A stretch of 64,000 nt of DNA from an uncultured Prevotellaceae bacterium. GTDB taxonomy: Bacteria; Bacteroidota; Bacteroidia; Bacteroidales; Bacteroidaceae. Numbering within the stretch: position 1 is the first letter of the stretch; the number at the start of each line of letters is the position of its first letter. The stretch is from NCBI GenBank assembly GCA_902785695.1, contig CACZZQ010000009.1, positions 1,088 through 65,087 of the forward strand, in the 5' to 3' direction. The translations under genes were made by a program, and so were the position numbers. Positions 1-8,662 of this stretch are shown piece after piece. The notes under the pieces were generated by a model. It saw only the letters and a program-made list of their open reading frames with translations, was not told the origin of the DNA and did not search any database.

Positions 1-3
1 CTG

Positions 4-2142
4 ATGGTCAGAGCCATTAATGTTGAGATTGACGGAATCATGTATAACATCAATGTGAAAACTGGCCTTACAGAAGTGGTTGCCAATCCTTCCCACCAGT
101 ACAAGGGAGATATCGTAATACCAGAAGCCATTACGTATGAAGGCAAACAATATACTGTGACAGCAATTGGAGAAAGTGCATTTTTCCAGAGAAATATCAC
201 GTCCATTACCTTTCCAAACAGTATCACATCTATAGATCGTGCAGCCTTTTATTGCTGTAGTAGTTTGGATTCAGTTGCGTTACCAGAGAAAGTGACAGTC
301 ATCGGTGATATGCTTTTTGCAAACTGCACAAACTTGAGACGAGTTGTCATCCCTGAAGGCTTAACACTTATCGATAACTCGGCATTCAATAGTTGCTATA
401 GCTTAGACTCTCTGATTATTCCCAATTCTGTCACAAGGATAGAAGATTGGGCATTTGCTTTATGTAAAGGTCTTACGTATGTCGAGATGTCAAAAGGTCT
501 CACTTACGTAGGCAGGGGAGCATTTGGTGATTGTAGCGCATTAAACACCGTAATAATCCCAGACCTTACTTCATGGTCAATGATTAATTTTGGGGATTAT
601 AATTCTAATCCGTTGACAACGACCAAGACATTGAAGATTAATAACGAAGAAATAAGAGACCTCGTTATTCCTGATGACGTAACATATATTGGTGATTATG
701 CTTTTAGGGGATGTACCAACATTACCTCTGTCACCATGGGAGAGAATGTCACGAAAATTGGCACATCGGCTTTTTATGGCTGTAAGAATTGCGCCTCAAT
801 CACCATCGGAGAGAATGTTACCAGTATTGGCAGTTGGGCTTTCTATGGTTGCTCGGCATTGACCTCGCTGACATCTCTGCCCAGGAAGGTTCCCAGCACA
901 ACCAGCAATAGTTTTGATAGTGCCATTAAGGACCAGGCCATCCTCTATGTGCCGAGCGCTGCCCTTGAAGCGTATAGCAGTAAAGCACCTTGGTCGGATT
1001 TTTATGACATCGTGGCTCTCAATATTCCCAAACATCAGCTTGCGTATTATGTTGATGACGCTTTGTATAAATCATTCACGCTGGAAGAAGGCGAATATAT
1101 CACGCCGGAACCAGCACCGGAAAAAGAAGGCTACACCTTTTCAGGATGGAGCGAAATACCTGAGAGAATGCCTAAACATGATGTCACGGTAACTGGTTCG
1201 TTTACTTTAACAAGTGAACAGTTAGCACTTGACGGAATACAATACACGCTTTGGGTAAAAGAAAAGACAGCAGAAATTGTTGGATTCGATGTGACTGATG
1301 GGTTTACGGGTCAAGTATCCATTCCTTCTACAGTAACAAAAGATGGGACTTCTTTCGATGTGACCCGCATAGGCGACTCTGCCTTTTCTAAATGTGCGAA
1401 TTTGACATCTGTTACTATACCTGAGAGTATATCATTCATTGGTGAATCTGCCTTTTCCGGCTGTATGCTTGAAAATATATTTGTGAAAAATACTGGTATA
1501 CATCTGAATGAACGTTCTTTCTCGCAAGCTTCTTACAATCATACTATGTTATATATTCCTAAAGACAGTTGGTCGGATGCTGTATATCATGGAGATTTTT
1601 GGCGTTTTATCAATATAAGAGAGACCGTTACGAGTTCCGTTGATTTATCTTCAAAGCAGGCCTATACCCTCATGAGGGCCAACACCTTTAATTATATAGT
1701 ATATGATGCAGTAAACGATACTACAGCAATTAGAGATACCTACTATCAAGTTGATGAGAATTCGGAGAATAATTGCTGGCAAATCATTGAAGAAGATGGC
1801 AAGAATTATCTTTATAATATAGGAGCAAAAAAGTTTGCCCAACTAAATGCTGACGGATTATTGAAACTCACAAGTGCTCCTGTTGCTATTACTATAGAAA
1901 ATGGAAAGAACGGTATCGCTTTAGGTGACGACAATCAAAATCAGTGGATTTTTGTCCTAAATGACAAAATCAGTGTTGCAGACATAATTTTAGGAATAGA
2001 GTCTGTAACTAATGGTTCTTCTTGTGCTATTGACCAATACTACTCAATCAATGGTGTAAAAAACAAAAATCCAAGAACTGGTCTGAATATTGTTAGGACA
2101 AAGAATGGTAAGACGAGAAAAGTTATAAGTAAGGGTTACTAA
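4..2142 (+). CDS. BspA-type leucine-rich-repeat surface protein with InlB B-repeat-like module and T9SS C-terminal sorting domain (probably starts upstream of the window)
   Basis: Repeated 'IPxxVTxIGxxAFxxCxxL' LRR_5 units; 'PAPEKEGYTFSGW' B-repeat; C-terminal 'YYSINGVK...GLNIVRTKNGKTRKVI' CTD. No signal peptide is visible, so the N-terminus is likely truncated by the window edge. Confidence 0.85.
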   Translation: MVRAINVEIDGIMYNINVKTGLTEVVANPSHQYKGDIVIPEAITYEGKQYTVTAIGESAFFQRNITSITFPNSITSIDRAAFYCCSSLDSVALPEKVTVIGDMLFANCTNLRRVVIPEGLTLIDNSAFNSCYSLDSLIIPNSVTRIEDWAFALCKGLTYVEMSKGLTYVGRGAFGDCSALNTVIIPDLTSWSMINFGDYNSNPLTTTKTLKINNEEIRDLVIPDDVTYIGDYAFRGCTNITSVTMGENVTKIGTSAFYGCKNCASITIGENVTSIGSWAFYGCSALTSLTSLPRKVPSTTSNSFDSAIKDQAILYVPSAALEAYSSKAPWSDFYDIVALNIPKHQLAYYVDDALYKSFTLEEGEYITPEPAPEKEGYTFSGWSEIPERMPKHDVTVTGSFTLTSEQLALDGIQYTLWVKEKTAEIVGFDVTDGFTGQVSIPSTVTKDGTSFDVTRIGDSAFSKCANLTSVTIPESISFIGESAFSGCMLENIFVKNTGIHLNERSFSQASYNHTMLYIPKDSWSDAVYHGDFWRFINIRETVTSSVDLSSKQAYTLMRANTFNYIVYDAVNDTTAIRDTYYQVDENSENNCWQIIEEDGKNYLYNIGAKKFAQLNADGLLKLTSAPVAITIENGKNGIALGDDNQNQWIFVLNDKISVADIILGIESVTNGSSCAIDQYYSINGVKNKNPRTGLNIVRTKNGKTRKVISKGY

Positions 2143-2433
2143 AGTTTCGCAAGTGATGGCGCACCTGCATAATTTAACATAAAATAGGAATAAAAAAGGC
2201 TTCGAAGTTTGTGTAACTCACAGAAAATGAGTACAAAGGTACAACAATTATTTCAGATTTGAGATGTTTTTCCTCGGCGAAGATTTCTTCCCGTTTCAAA
2301 ATATTAGAACATGTGGCACAAATCAGGCGTATAGATGAGAATAGAGATTCATACTAAATGTTAAATAGTGGCGATTTTACTTCCGTTACGTCAAAAAAAA
2401 AGGCATTTCGGAAGTAGTATCGCGATTTTTTTG

Positions 2434-2441
2434 TAAGTTTG
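2434..2441 (+). promoter_or_regulatory. Bacteroidetes sigma-A -7 element (TAAGTTTG)
   Basis: Matches TAnnTTTG, 18 nt upstream of ATG 2460. Confidence 0.6.
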
Positions 2442-2459
2442 CAGCAAAATTCGAAAATT

Positions 2460-3914
2460 ATGGACTATAAGACTACAATTATCGGACGACGGCATGAACA
2501 AGATTTGATTAGGGAGTACTATGAATCCCCTAAGGCTGAACTTGTGGCTGTCTATGGGCGCAGACGTGTCGGCAAGACTTATCTCATCAAACAATGTTTC
2601 GATGAAACATTTGACTTCTACTTCACAGGTTCTTTCGAGACACCACGAAGTACACAACTAACTCTATTTAAGAAGGAGTTGGAGAGGTACTCCGGCCGCA
2701 AACTGCGTAAGCCCAAGGACTGGTATGAAGCATTTGATGCTTTGCGGGAGTATATATCATCACTTCATAAAAAGCGCGTAGTGGTGTTTCTTGACGAGTT
2801 ACCCTGGATAGACACTCCTAAGTCTGGCTTCCTTTCTGCTTTCAGTTACTTCTGGAACAGTTGGGCGTCGTCTGTTCCTGGATTGAAACTGTTCGTCTGC
2901 GGCTCTGCCACGACATGGATGCTCTCTAAGTTCATCGGTGACAAGGGAGGTATGCATGGCCGTGTGAACCGTCAGATATATCTTCGTCCGTTCACACTCT
3001 ATGAGACTCAGCAGTTCCTGAGAAGCAAGAATATTGACTGGGAGATGTACCAAGTCACAGAGGCTTATATGACGATGGGAGGCATACCTTATTATATAGA
3101 CATGCTGGAAGGTAATCTCTCACTCAACGAGAACATCGACCACCTGTTCTTTCAGGAAGGAGCCGCCCTGCGCACTGAGTATGACTTCATCTTCCGTTCG
3201 CTGTTCCGTAACTCCAAAGTTTACCGTTCTGTCGTAGAGTTGCTTGCCAACAACTCTGTCGGTATGAGCCGCCAAAACATACAAGAAGCAATGAAAATGG
3301 AGGATGGCGGTTTCCTGACAGAAGTGCTTGACAATCTGTGCAAGTGCGACTTCCTGCGACAGTATGCTGCATTCGGGAAGAAAGAACAAGGCCAGATGTA
3401 CCAGCTGATAGACCTGTTCTCGCTGTTCCACCTGCAGTTCGTCAGCAAGTTCAGTGGTCAGGACAGCCATTTCTGGAGCAATATGCAGGACAATCCGCGT
3501 CGGATGACATGGCAGGGATATGCATTCGAACAGGTCTGTCTGCATCATATTCCGCAAATAAAACAGAAGTTGGGAATCAGCGGTGTATTAAGCGAAGTCT
3601 GTTCATGGTCTTGTAAAGCATTCACGGACAAAGATGGTACACGGTACAAAGGCACGCAGATAGATTTGATTATTGACCGTCGTGACGAGACCGTCAACCT
3701 TTGCGAATGTAAGTTCTCCACAGATGCATATATCATCAGCCAGGACTATGCCGAACAGCTGAACTCACGCAAGGAAACTTTCCGTGCTTTGACAGGGACA
3801 CGTAAGTCGCTTCATACAACGATGGTTACTACATACGGGCTGAAGCGCAACAAATATAGCGACGTTATCCAGCGTGAGGTGACAATGGATGATCTGTTCA
3901 GGGATGTGGAATAG
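2460..3914 (+). CDS. Archaeal-ATPase-type (AAA/STAND-like) ATP-binding protein with C-terminal PD-(D/E)XK nuclease-like domain, copy 1
   Basis: Walker A 'YGRRRVGKT', Walker B 'VVFLDELPW', 'MGGIPYY', C-terminal 'QIDLIIDR...LCECKF'. Start moved to ATG 2460 because the TTG in the ORF track lies in the promoter. Confidence 0.85.
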   Translation: MDYKTTIIGRRHEQDLIREYYESPKAELVAVYGRRRVGKTYLIKQCFDETFDFYFTGSFETPRSTQLTLFKKELERYSGRKLRKPKDWYEAFDALREYISSLHKKRVVVFLDELPWIDTPKSGFLSAFSYFWNSWASSVPGLKLFVCGSATTWMLSKFIGDKGGMHGRVNRQIYLRPFTLYETQQFLRSKNIDWEMYQVTEAYMTMGGIPYYIDMLEGNLSLNENIDHLFFQEGAALRTEYDFIFRSLFRNSKVYRSVVELLANNSVGMSRQNIQEAMKMEDGGFLTEVLDNLCKCDFLRQYAAFGKKEQGQMYQLIDLFSLFHLQFVSKFSGQDSHFWSNMQDNPRRMTWQGYAFEQVCLHHIPQIKQKLGISGVLSEVCSWSCKAFTDKDGTRYKGTQIDLIIDRRDETVNLCECKFSTDAYIISQDYAEQLNSRKETFRALTGTRKSLHTTMVTTYGLKRNKYSDVIQREVTMDDLFRDVE

Positions 3915-4025
3915 AGCGGACTTTTACCGCAAATCAGTGTCCAATTAGTGGCACAATAATGGCACAGAGCACCGTAACTTACTGTAAATCAGTATGTGCT
4001 TTAAACTTCAACGAGGATGAATATT
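3878..4025 (+). repeat. 148-bp direct repeat, copy 1 (ATPase 3' end plus downstream tail)
   Basis: Aligns with 5852-5999; perfect blocks TGGCACAATAATGGCACAGAGCACCGTAACT (31 bp) and TCAGTATGTGCTTTAAACTTCAACGA (26 bp). Confidence 0.9.
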
Positions 4026-4062
4026 AGGCGGCTATAGACGGAATAATTCGTTGATTATCAGC

Positions 4063-4095
4063 AAAGTGTGCAAATATCGATTATTTGCACACTTT
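4063..4095. repeat. Perfect 14-bp inverted repeat (hairpin, possible terminator or binding site)
   Basis: AAAGTGTGCAAATA-tcgat-TATTTGCACACTTT. Confidence 0.8.
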
Positions 4096-4433
4096 ATTAT
4101 TGTGCCGTTTTTGGCCGTTTTTAGTGGCACAATAATGACACAAACGGTCAAAATCAGGCTTATTTAGGGGAGGAAAATGGATTATTTTCACAATAACAGG
4201 TACCTTTGCAAATAGTTCAGTCTGCATCTAAATCCTCTGTAAAGAAACGAAGGGTAAAGCCAGCCTCTCGTTTCTTCTTGCACCGAAATACGGGCCATAT
4301 GTCTTGGGGGAAATGACTTTGTTTGGCCGTCTAAGTGTTATGTAAAGTTAAGCTTTATCACAAATAATGCTTTTTGTTTGGCCATGAAATGTAAAATTGT
4401 TAATTTCGCGGCTGAATAAAACATTGATTATTT

Positions 4434-5888
4434 ATGAAAGGTATTGTAGGTAGAGAGACAGAAATAAGGGAATTGCAAGAGCGATACTCAAGCGATAGGG
4501 CTCAGTTTGTTGCTGTATATGGGAGAAGAAGGGTCGGTAAGACTTTCCTGATTGATCAGGCTCTTGCAGGACAAATCACGTTCCGTCATGCAGGACTATC
4601 CCCTGTCGATAACAAACAGAAGAAAAACCAAATGAAGGAGCAACTGAAGAGTTTCTATTATTCACTGCTCAGTCACGGTATGAAGAAAAGCAAATGTCCT
4701 ACATCGTGGTTGGAGGCTTTCTTTATGTTGGAGATGTATTTACAGAGTATAGATGACGGTTCCCGTCAGGTGGTCTTTCTTGACGAACTGCCGTGGATGG
4801 ACACGCCACGTTCTGGCTTTATCACTGGACTGGAATCTTTCTGGAATGGCTGGGGATGTCATCGCCATAATTTCATGCTGGTTGTGTGCGGCTCAGCAAC
4901 TTCATGGATGCTTGATAATCTGATTAACAATTATGGCGGACTCTACGGAAGGCTCACCTGTGAAATGAAACTGTCACCATTTACGTTGAAGGAATGTGAG
5001 GATTTCTTCGAGAATAAAAACATCAAGTTGTCACGGTATGATATAGTGCAGAGTTATATGGCAGTTGGCGGGATTCCCTATTATCTCGATTATTTCCAAC
5101 GGGGTCTTAGCCTTCCTCAGAACATCGACAATCTGTTCTTTGTAAAGGGGGCTAAGTTATTCGATGAGTATGACCGTCTGTTTGCATCAGTGTTCTCGCG
5201 GCCTGAAGAAATGAAACGAATCGTCAAGTTCCTCAGCACAAGACGTTCTGGATTCACCCGGGAGGAGATAGCCAAGAAGACTGGCATTACGCAAGGAGGC
5301 ACTTTGACAAATATGCTGAAGGCTCTTATCGGAAGTGACTTTGTCCTGAAATACGTACCATTTGGGCACAGCAAGCGGGAAGAGCATTACAAACTGTCAG
5401 ACCCGTTTTGCATCTTCTATCTTCGCTATGTGCCCGACAATAGCAGCTATACCACCAGTTTCTGGCAGGAGAGCCATACTTCACAAAGCATCGTCAGTTG
5501 GCGCGGATTTGCATTCGAGGAAATTTGCCTCAAACATATCAGCCAGATTAAGCAGGCTTTGGGAATCCAAGGTGTCAATACGAAACAGTCATCGTGGGCA
5601 CTTCGGGGTGATGATGAAAAAGAGGGAACACAGATTGACTTGATCATAGAACGTGCCGACCTTATTGTGAACATGTGCGAGATGAAGTTCTATGGTGAGG
5701 AATTCTTTGTCGATAAGGCATATTTTCAGAAACTCAACATCCGGGAGAAACTGCTTACGGAACAGATTGCCAAGCGGGAAAAAGTCCATCCCGCCTTAGT
5801 CACCACATACGGATTGAAATATAACGAATACAGTGGCGTCTTTCAACGGGTGGTGACAATGGACGACCTGTTCAGAGATGTGGAATAG
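4434..5888 (+). CDS. Archaeal-ATPase-type ATP-binding protein with C-terminal PD-(D/E)XK nuclease-like domain, copy 2
   Basis: Same motifs as copy 1 (YGRRRVGKT, FLDELPW, QIDLII..MCEMKF); identical C-terminus VTMDDLFRDVE. Confidence 0.85.
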   Translation: MKGIVGRETEIRELQERYSSDRAQFVAVYGRRRVGKTFLIDQALAGQITFRHAGLSPVDNKQKKNQMKEQLKSFYYSLLSHGMKKSKCPTSWLEAFFMLEMYLQSIDDGSRQVVFLDELPWMDTPRSGFITGLESFWNGWGCHRHNFMLVVCGSATSWMLDNLINNYGGLYGRLTCEMKLSPFTLKECEDFFENKNIKLSRYDIVQSYMAVGGIPYYLDYFQRGLSLPQNIDNLFFVKGAKLFDEYDRLFASVFSRPEEMKRIVKFLSTRRSGFTREEIAKKTGITQGGTLTNMLKALIGSDFVLKYVPFGHSKREEHYKLSDPFCIFYLRYVPDNSSYTTSFWQESHTSQSIVSWRGFAFEEICLKHISQIKQALGIQGVNTKQSSWALRGDDEKEGTQIDLIIERADLIVNMCEMKFYGEEFFVDKAYFQKLNIREKLLTEQIAKREKVHPALVTTYGLKYNEYSGVFQRVVTMDDLFRDVE

Positions 5889-5999
5889 AACGGCTTATTG
5901 CCGTATTCTAGTGTCAAATTACTGGCACAATAATGGCACAGAGCACCGTAACTCGTTGGTACTCAGTATGTGCTTTAAACTTCAACGAAGATGAGTATT
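5852..5999 (+). repeat. 148-bp direct repeat, copy 2
   Basis: Matches 3878-4025. Confidence 0.9.
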
Positions 6000-6172
6000 G
6001 ATCATTTAATTATACGCTGATTTTGCGTAACTAATTGAAAATAAGCAGCATGGATAAATCGTTAAGATTTCCCATGTTGCTTTTTTCAGCCTTTTTAGGC
6101 CAAATAAACCTATCAAGGCTGCGATTAAGCGAGAGCAAAGGTAAGTCTTGCATGGCTGTGCTAAAATCATAT

Positions 6173-6250
6173 TGTCTATAACTTTGACAGCGTTTTCCAA
6201 TCACATTGACAACTTTTTCTGTGCACTTTGCTGAATTCTTCTTAATTTTG
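6173..6250 (+). promoter_or_regulatory. Operator-like TGTC-N9-GACA plus second ATTGACA half-site and -7 promoter of the AAA ATPase operon
   Basis: TGTCTATAACTTTGACA (6173-6189), ATTGACA (6205-6211), TAATTTTG (6243-6250); same layout as 11499-11576. Confidence 0.65.
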
Positions 6251-6280
6251 CAGCGGCAAACTAAAAAAGAAAGGATTTAT

Positions 6281-8053
6281 ATGACAGAAGAAGAAAAGAA
6301 AGAGTACGATGAAATCATGGCTGGCCTGAAGGGGTCGGAAAACGAGCCTTGCCACACAGAAGACGAGGCAGACGAAGAGGAGGAGATCTTGATGGATCGC
6401 TTTACCTTCGGTGACAAAGAACCAACCATTCTATTGGCATTCGAAGCGATTATTAACAGGTCTGAGTGCTGCGAGCTCAGAGACGACAGCCTCTATGTTG
6501 AGACTGAAGAAGCCTTCGACTATGTTGCCAAGAAGTTAGACCTTACCCATCAACAGGTGTTGGCACTGGCGCTCACAGTCAACTTCTGTAGTGACCAGCG
6601 CATCGAGATGGTAGACTACTGTCGCCACCTGCATTGTAGCGCTTTCCATTTTCTGCCTTACATGAAAGACCTAGATGTGCTGGCTGAACGAGGTTTCATT
6701 ATCTGCAACCGTTCGAATAGCCGTCCGACCTACCGTATACCTTATTATGTGTTAGAGGCACTGAACGACAACAGGAATATCGACAACAACGACATCAAGG
6801 AACTGGACTGTCATGAGCTGTTCGGACAATTCGACGACATCTTTGAGATGCTGGGCAATCAGGAAATGACTCTTCAGGGTGCCACGAAGAAGGTTCAGGC
6901 TCTCATGGAGAGTAATCCGACGCTGGCTTTCTGTCAGTTTGTCAACACGTTCCGTCTCAATAACAATGACCTGATGCTGCTGGTCTATTTCGCCCATGCC
7001 TTCGCCAACAATCATGATGACCGTATCAATCTGATGGAAATCAGGGCTATATTCAAAGACCGTCACACCTCGAAGACCATCTGCAATGAACTGAGCATGG
7101 GTAGCCATACACTCATCAAGCAGCATCTGGTTGAATTCTGCAACGAAGACGGTTTTGCCAGCCGTAGCTTCTTCCACCTGACCTTATCAGCCAAGAAGGC
7201 CATGCTGAGCGAACTCGGCATTGAGCTGAAGGACGAGGAGGCACAGCGCCAGGGACTTACCCTGCACGAGCAAATCACAAAGAAGTCCATGTACTACGAC
7301 GAACAGACATCCATACAGGTGGATGAGTTGGAACACCTGCTCAATGAGGACAACTATCAAGGCATCCGCAGCCGTCTGAAAGAGAAGGGGTTCCGTTGTG
7401 GTTTCGCCTGTCTGTTCTATGGTGCTCCTGGTACGGGCAAGACGGAAACCGTGTTGCAACTGGCACGTAAGACGGGACGCGACATCATGCAAGTGAACGT
7501 GACTGAAATCAGGAGCAAATGGGTGGGCGACAGCGAGAAGAACATCAAGGCTATATTCGACAACTACCGCCGTAAGGTGCGCGACTGCGAACTGACCCCC
7601 ATACTGCTGTTCAACGAGGCCGACGCAATCATCAGTCGTCGTAAGGAGGGCGTGGAGCACTCTGTTGACAAGATGGAGAACACCATCCAAAACATCATCC
7701 TGCAGGAGATGGAAACGCTCGACGGCATCCTCATTGCCACCACCAACTTGGAGCAGAACATGGACAAGGCCTTTGAGCGCCGCTTCCTCTATAAGGTGAA
7801 GTTCAACAAGCCCACCCTTGATGTTCGCAGTCACATCTGGCTCTCAATGATTCCGTCATTAAAGTCCGAGACGGCCACCCTGCTGGCTCAGAAGTACGAC
7901 TTCAGCGGTGGACAGATTGAGAATATTGCCCGCCACTATACCATTGACAGCATCCTGCATGGTGACAACGTCAACACGCAGGACACCCTCTTGCGCCACT
8001 GCGAGAATGAGCAGTTGGATAATAGAAACAACAGAAGAATAGGTTTTAACTAA
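6281..8053 (+). CDS. AAA+ ATPase (single C-terminal classical AAA domain, long helical N-terminal region)
   Basis: 'LFYGAPGTGKT', 'LLFNEADA', SRH 'ATTNLEQNMDKAFERRF', C-terminal 'RIGF'. Confidence 0.85.
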   Translation: MTEEEKKEYDEIMAGLKGSENEPCHTEDEADEEEEILMDRFTFGDKEPTILLAFEAIINRSECCELRDDSLYVETEEAFDYVAKKLDLTHQQVLALALTVNFCSDQRIEMVDYCRHLHCSAFHFLPYMKDLDVLAERGFIICNRSNSRPTYRIPYYVLEALNDNRNIDNNDIKELDCHELFGQFDDIFEMLGNQEMTLQGATKKVQALMESNPTLAFCQFVNTFRLNNNDLMLLVYFAHAFANNHDDRINLMEIRAIFKDRHTSKTICNELSMGSHTLIKQHLVEFCNEDGFASRSFFHLTLSAKKAMLSELGIELKDEEAQRQGLTLHEQITKKSMYYDEQTSIQVDELEHLLNEDNYQGIRSRLKEKGFRCGFACLFYGAPGTGKTETVLQLARKTGRDIMQVNVTEIRSKWVGDSEKNIKAIFDNYRRKVRDCELTPILLFNEADAIISRRKEGVEHSVDKMENTIQNIILQEMETLDGILIATTNLEQNMDKAFERRFLYKVKFNKPTLDVRSHIWLSMIPSLKSETATLLAQKYDFSGGQIENIARHYTIDSILHGDNVNTQDTLLRHCENEQLDNRNNRRIGFN

Positions 8054-8069
8054 TTAAAATAATACAATT

Positions 8070-8444
8070 ATGGCATTTGATTATTCTGATGTAAAGCGTG
8101 TAACGACTGGGACGATTATTACCCGTCTAGCCCACAGTTGCGCCCCCTGGTATAAAGCGTATGAAAAGCGTGTCGCTGCCGATGGCGACGGACGCTGGCC
8201 CTTTGTGTTCTACTACTATTACCTAGAGAAACTTATTAGAAAACTACAGAACGGATTGGATCTGAGAAAGGCACAATGGGATACGCCGACTTGGAACGAA
8301 GTCGCAGCTTTGGCTGACGATGAACCTGACATCTTTGAGGGACTAAGACGCCTTTATAATCTGTACAGCGAACATTATCCCTCTGAGGCCCGCAAAATTA
8401 AGGACACCATCGAAGTCCTCAGGCCTATCTTGGCAGCGAAGTAG
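8070..8444 (+). CDS. Hypothetical protein co-transcribed with the AAA ATPase
   Basis: 124-aa ORF 16 nt after the AAA stop, with an AT-rich leader. Confidence 0.65.
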   Translation: MAFDYSDVKRVTTGTIITRLAHSCAPWYKAYEKRVAADGDGRWPFVFYYYYLEKLIRKLQNGLDLRKAQWDTPTWNEVAALADDEPDIFEGLRRLYNLYSEHYPSEARKIKDTIEVLRPILAAK

Positions 8445-8461
8445 AACTCTCTGGTATCACA

Positions 8462-8659
8462 TCAAAAGATTTTCCAATCCCTGCCTGTGATGATAGAGAT
8501 GGGTTTTGTCATTCGGCAAAGCACCAACCCTGCCACCACAAGTAGGGCTCTTATCCAAAAGCTACCTGTGCCCGTAAGGCCCAGCCACACCAGATAGAGC
8601 GGACTCAATATCAGAGCCAGCGTCAGCAGGAGCATCAGGACAGCGAGGAGGAGTTTCAT
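8462..8659 (-). CDS. Small membrane protein (two predicted TM helices)
   Basis: Two hydrophobic stretches; starts 3 nt after the PD-(D/E)XK gene stop. Confidence 0.55.
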   Translation of the reverse strand: MKLLLAVLMLLLTLALILSPLYLVWLGLTGTGSFWIRALLVVAGLVLCRMTKPISIITGRDWKIF

Positions 8660-8662
8660 CTG

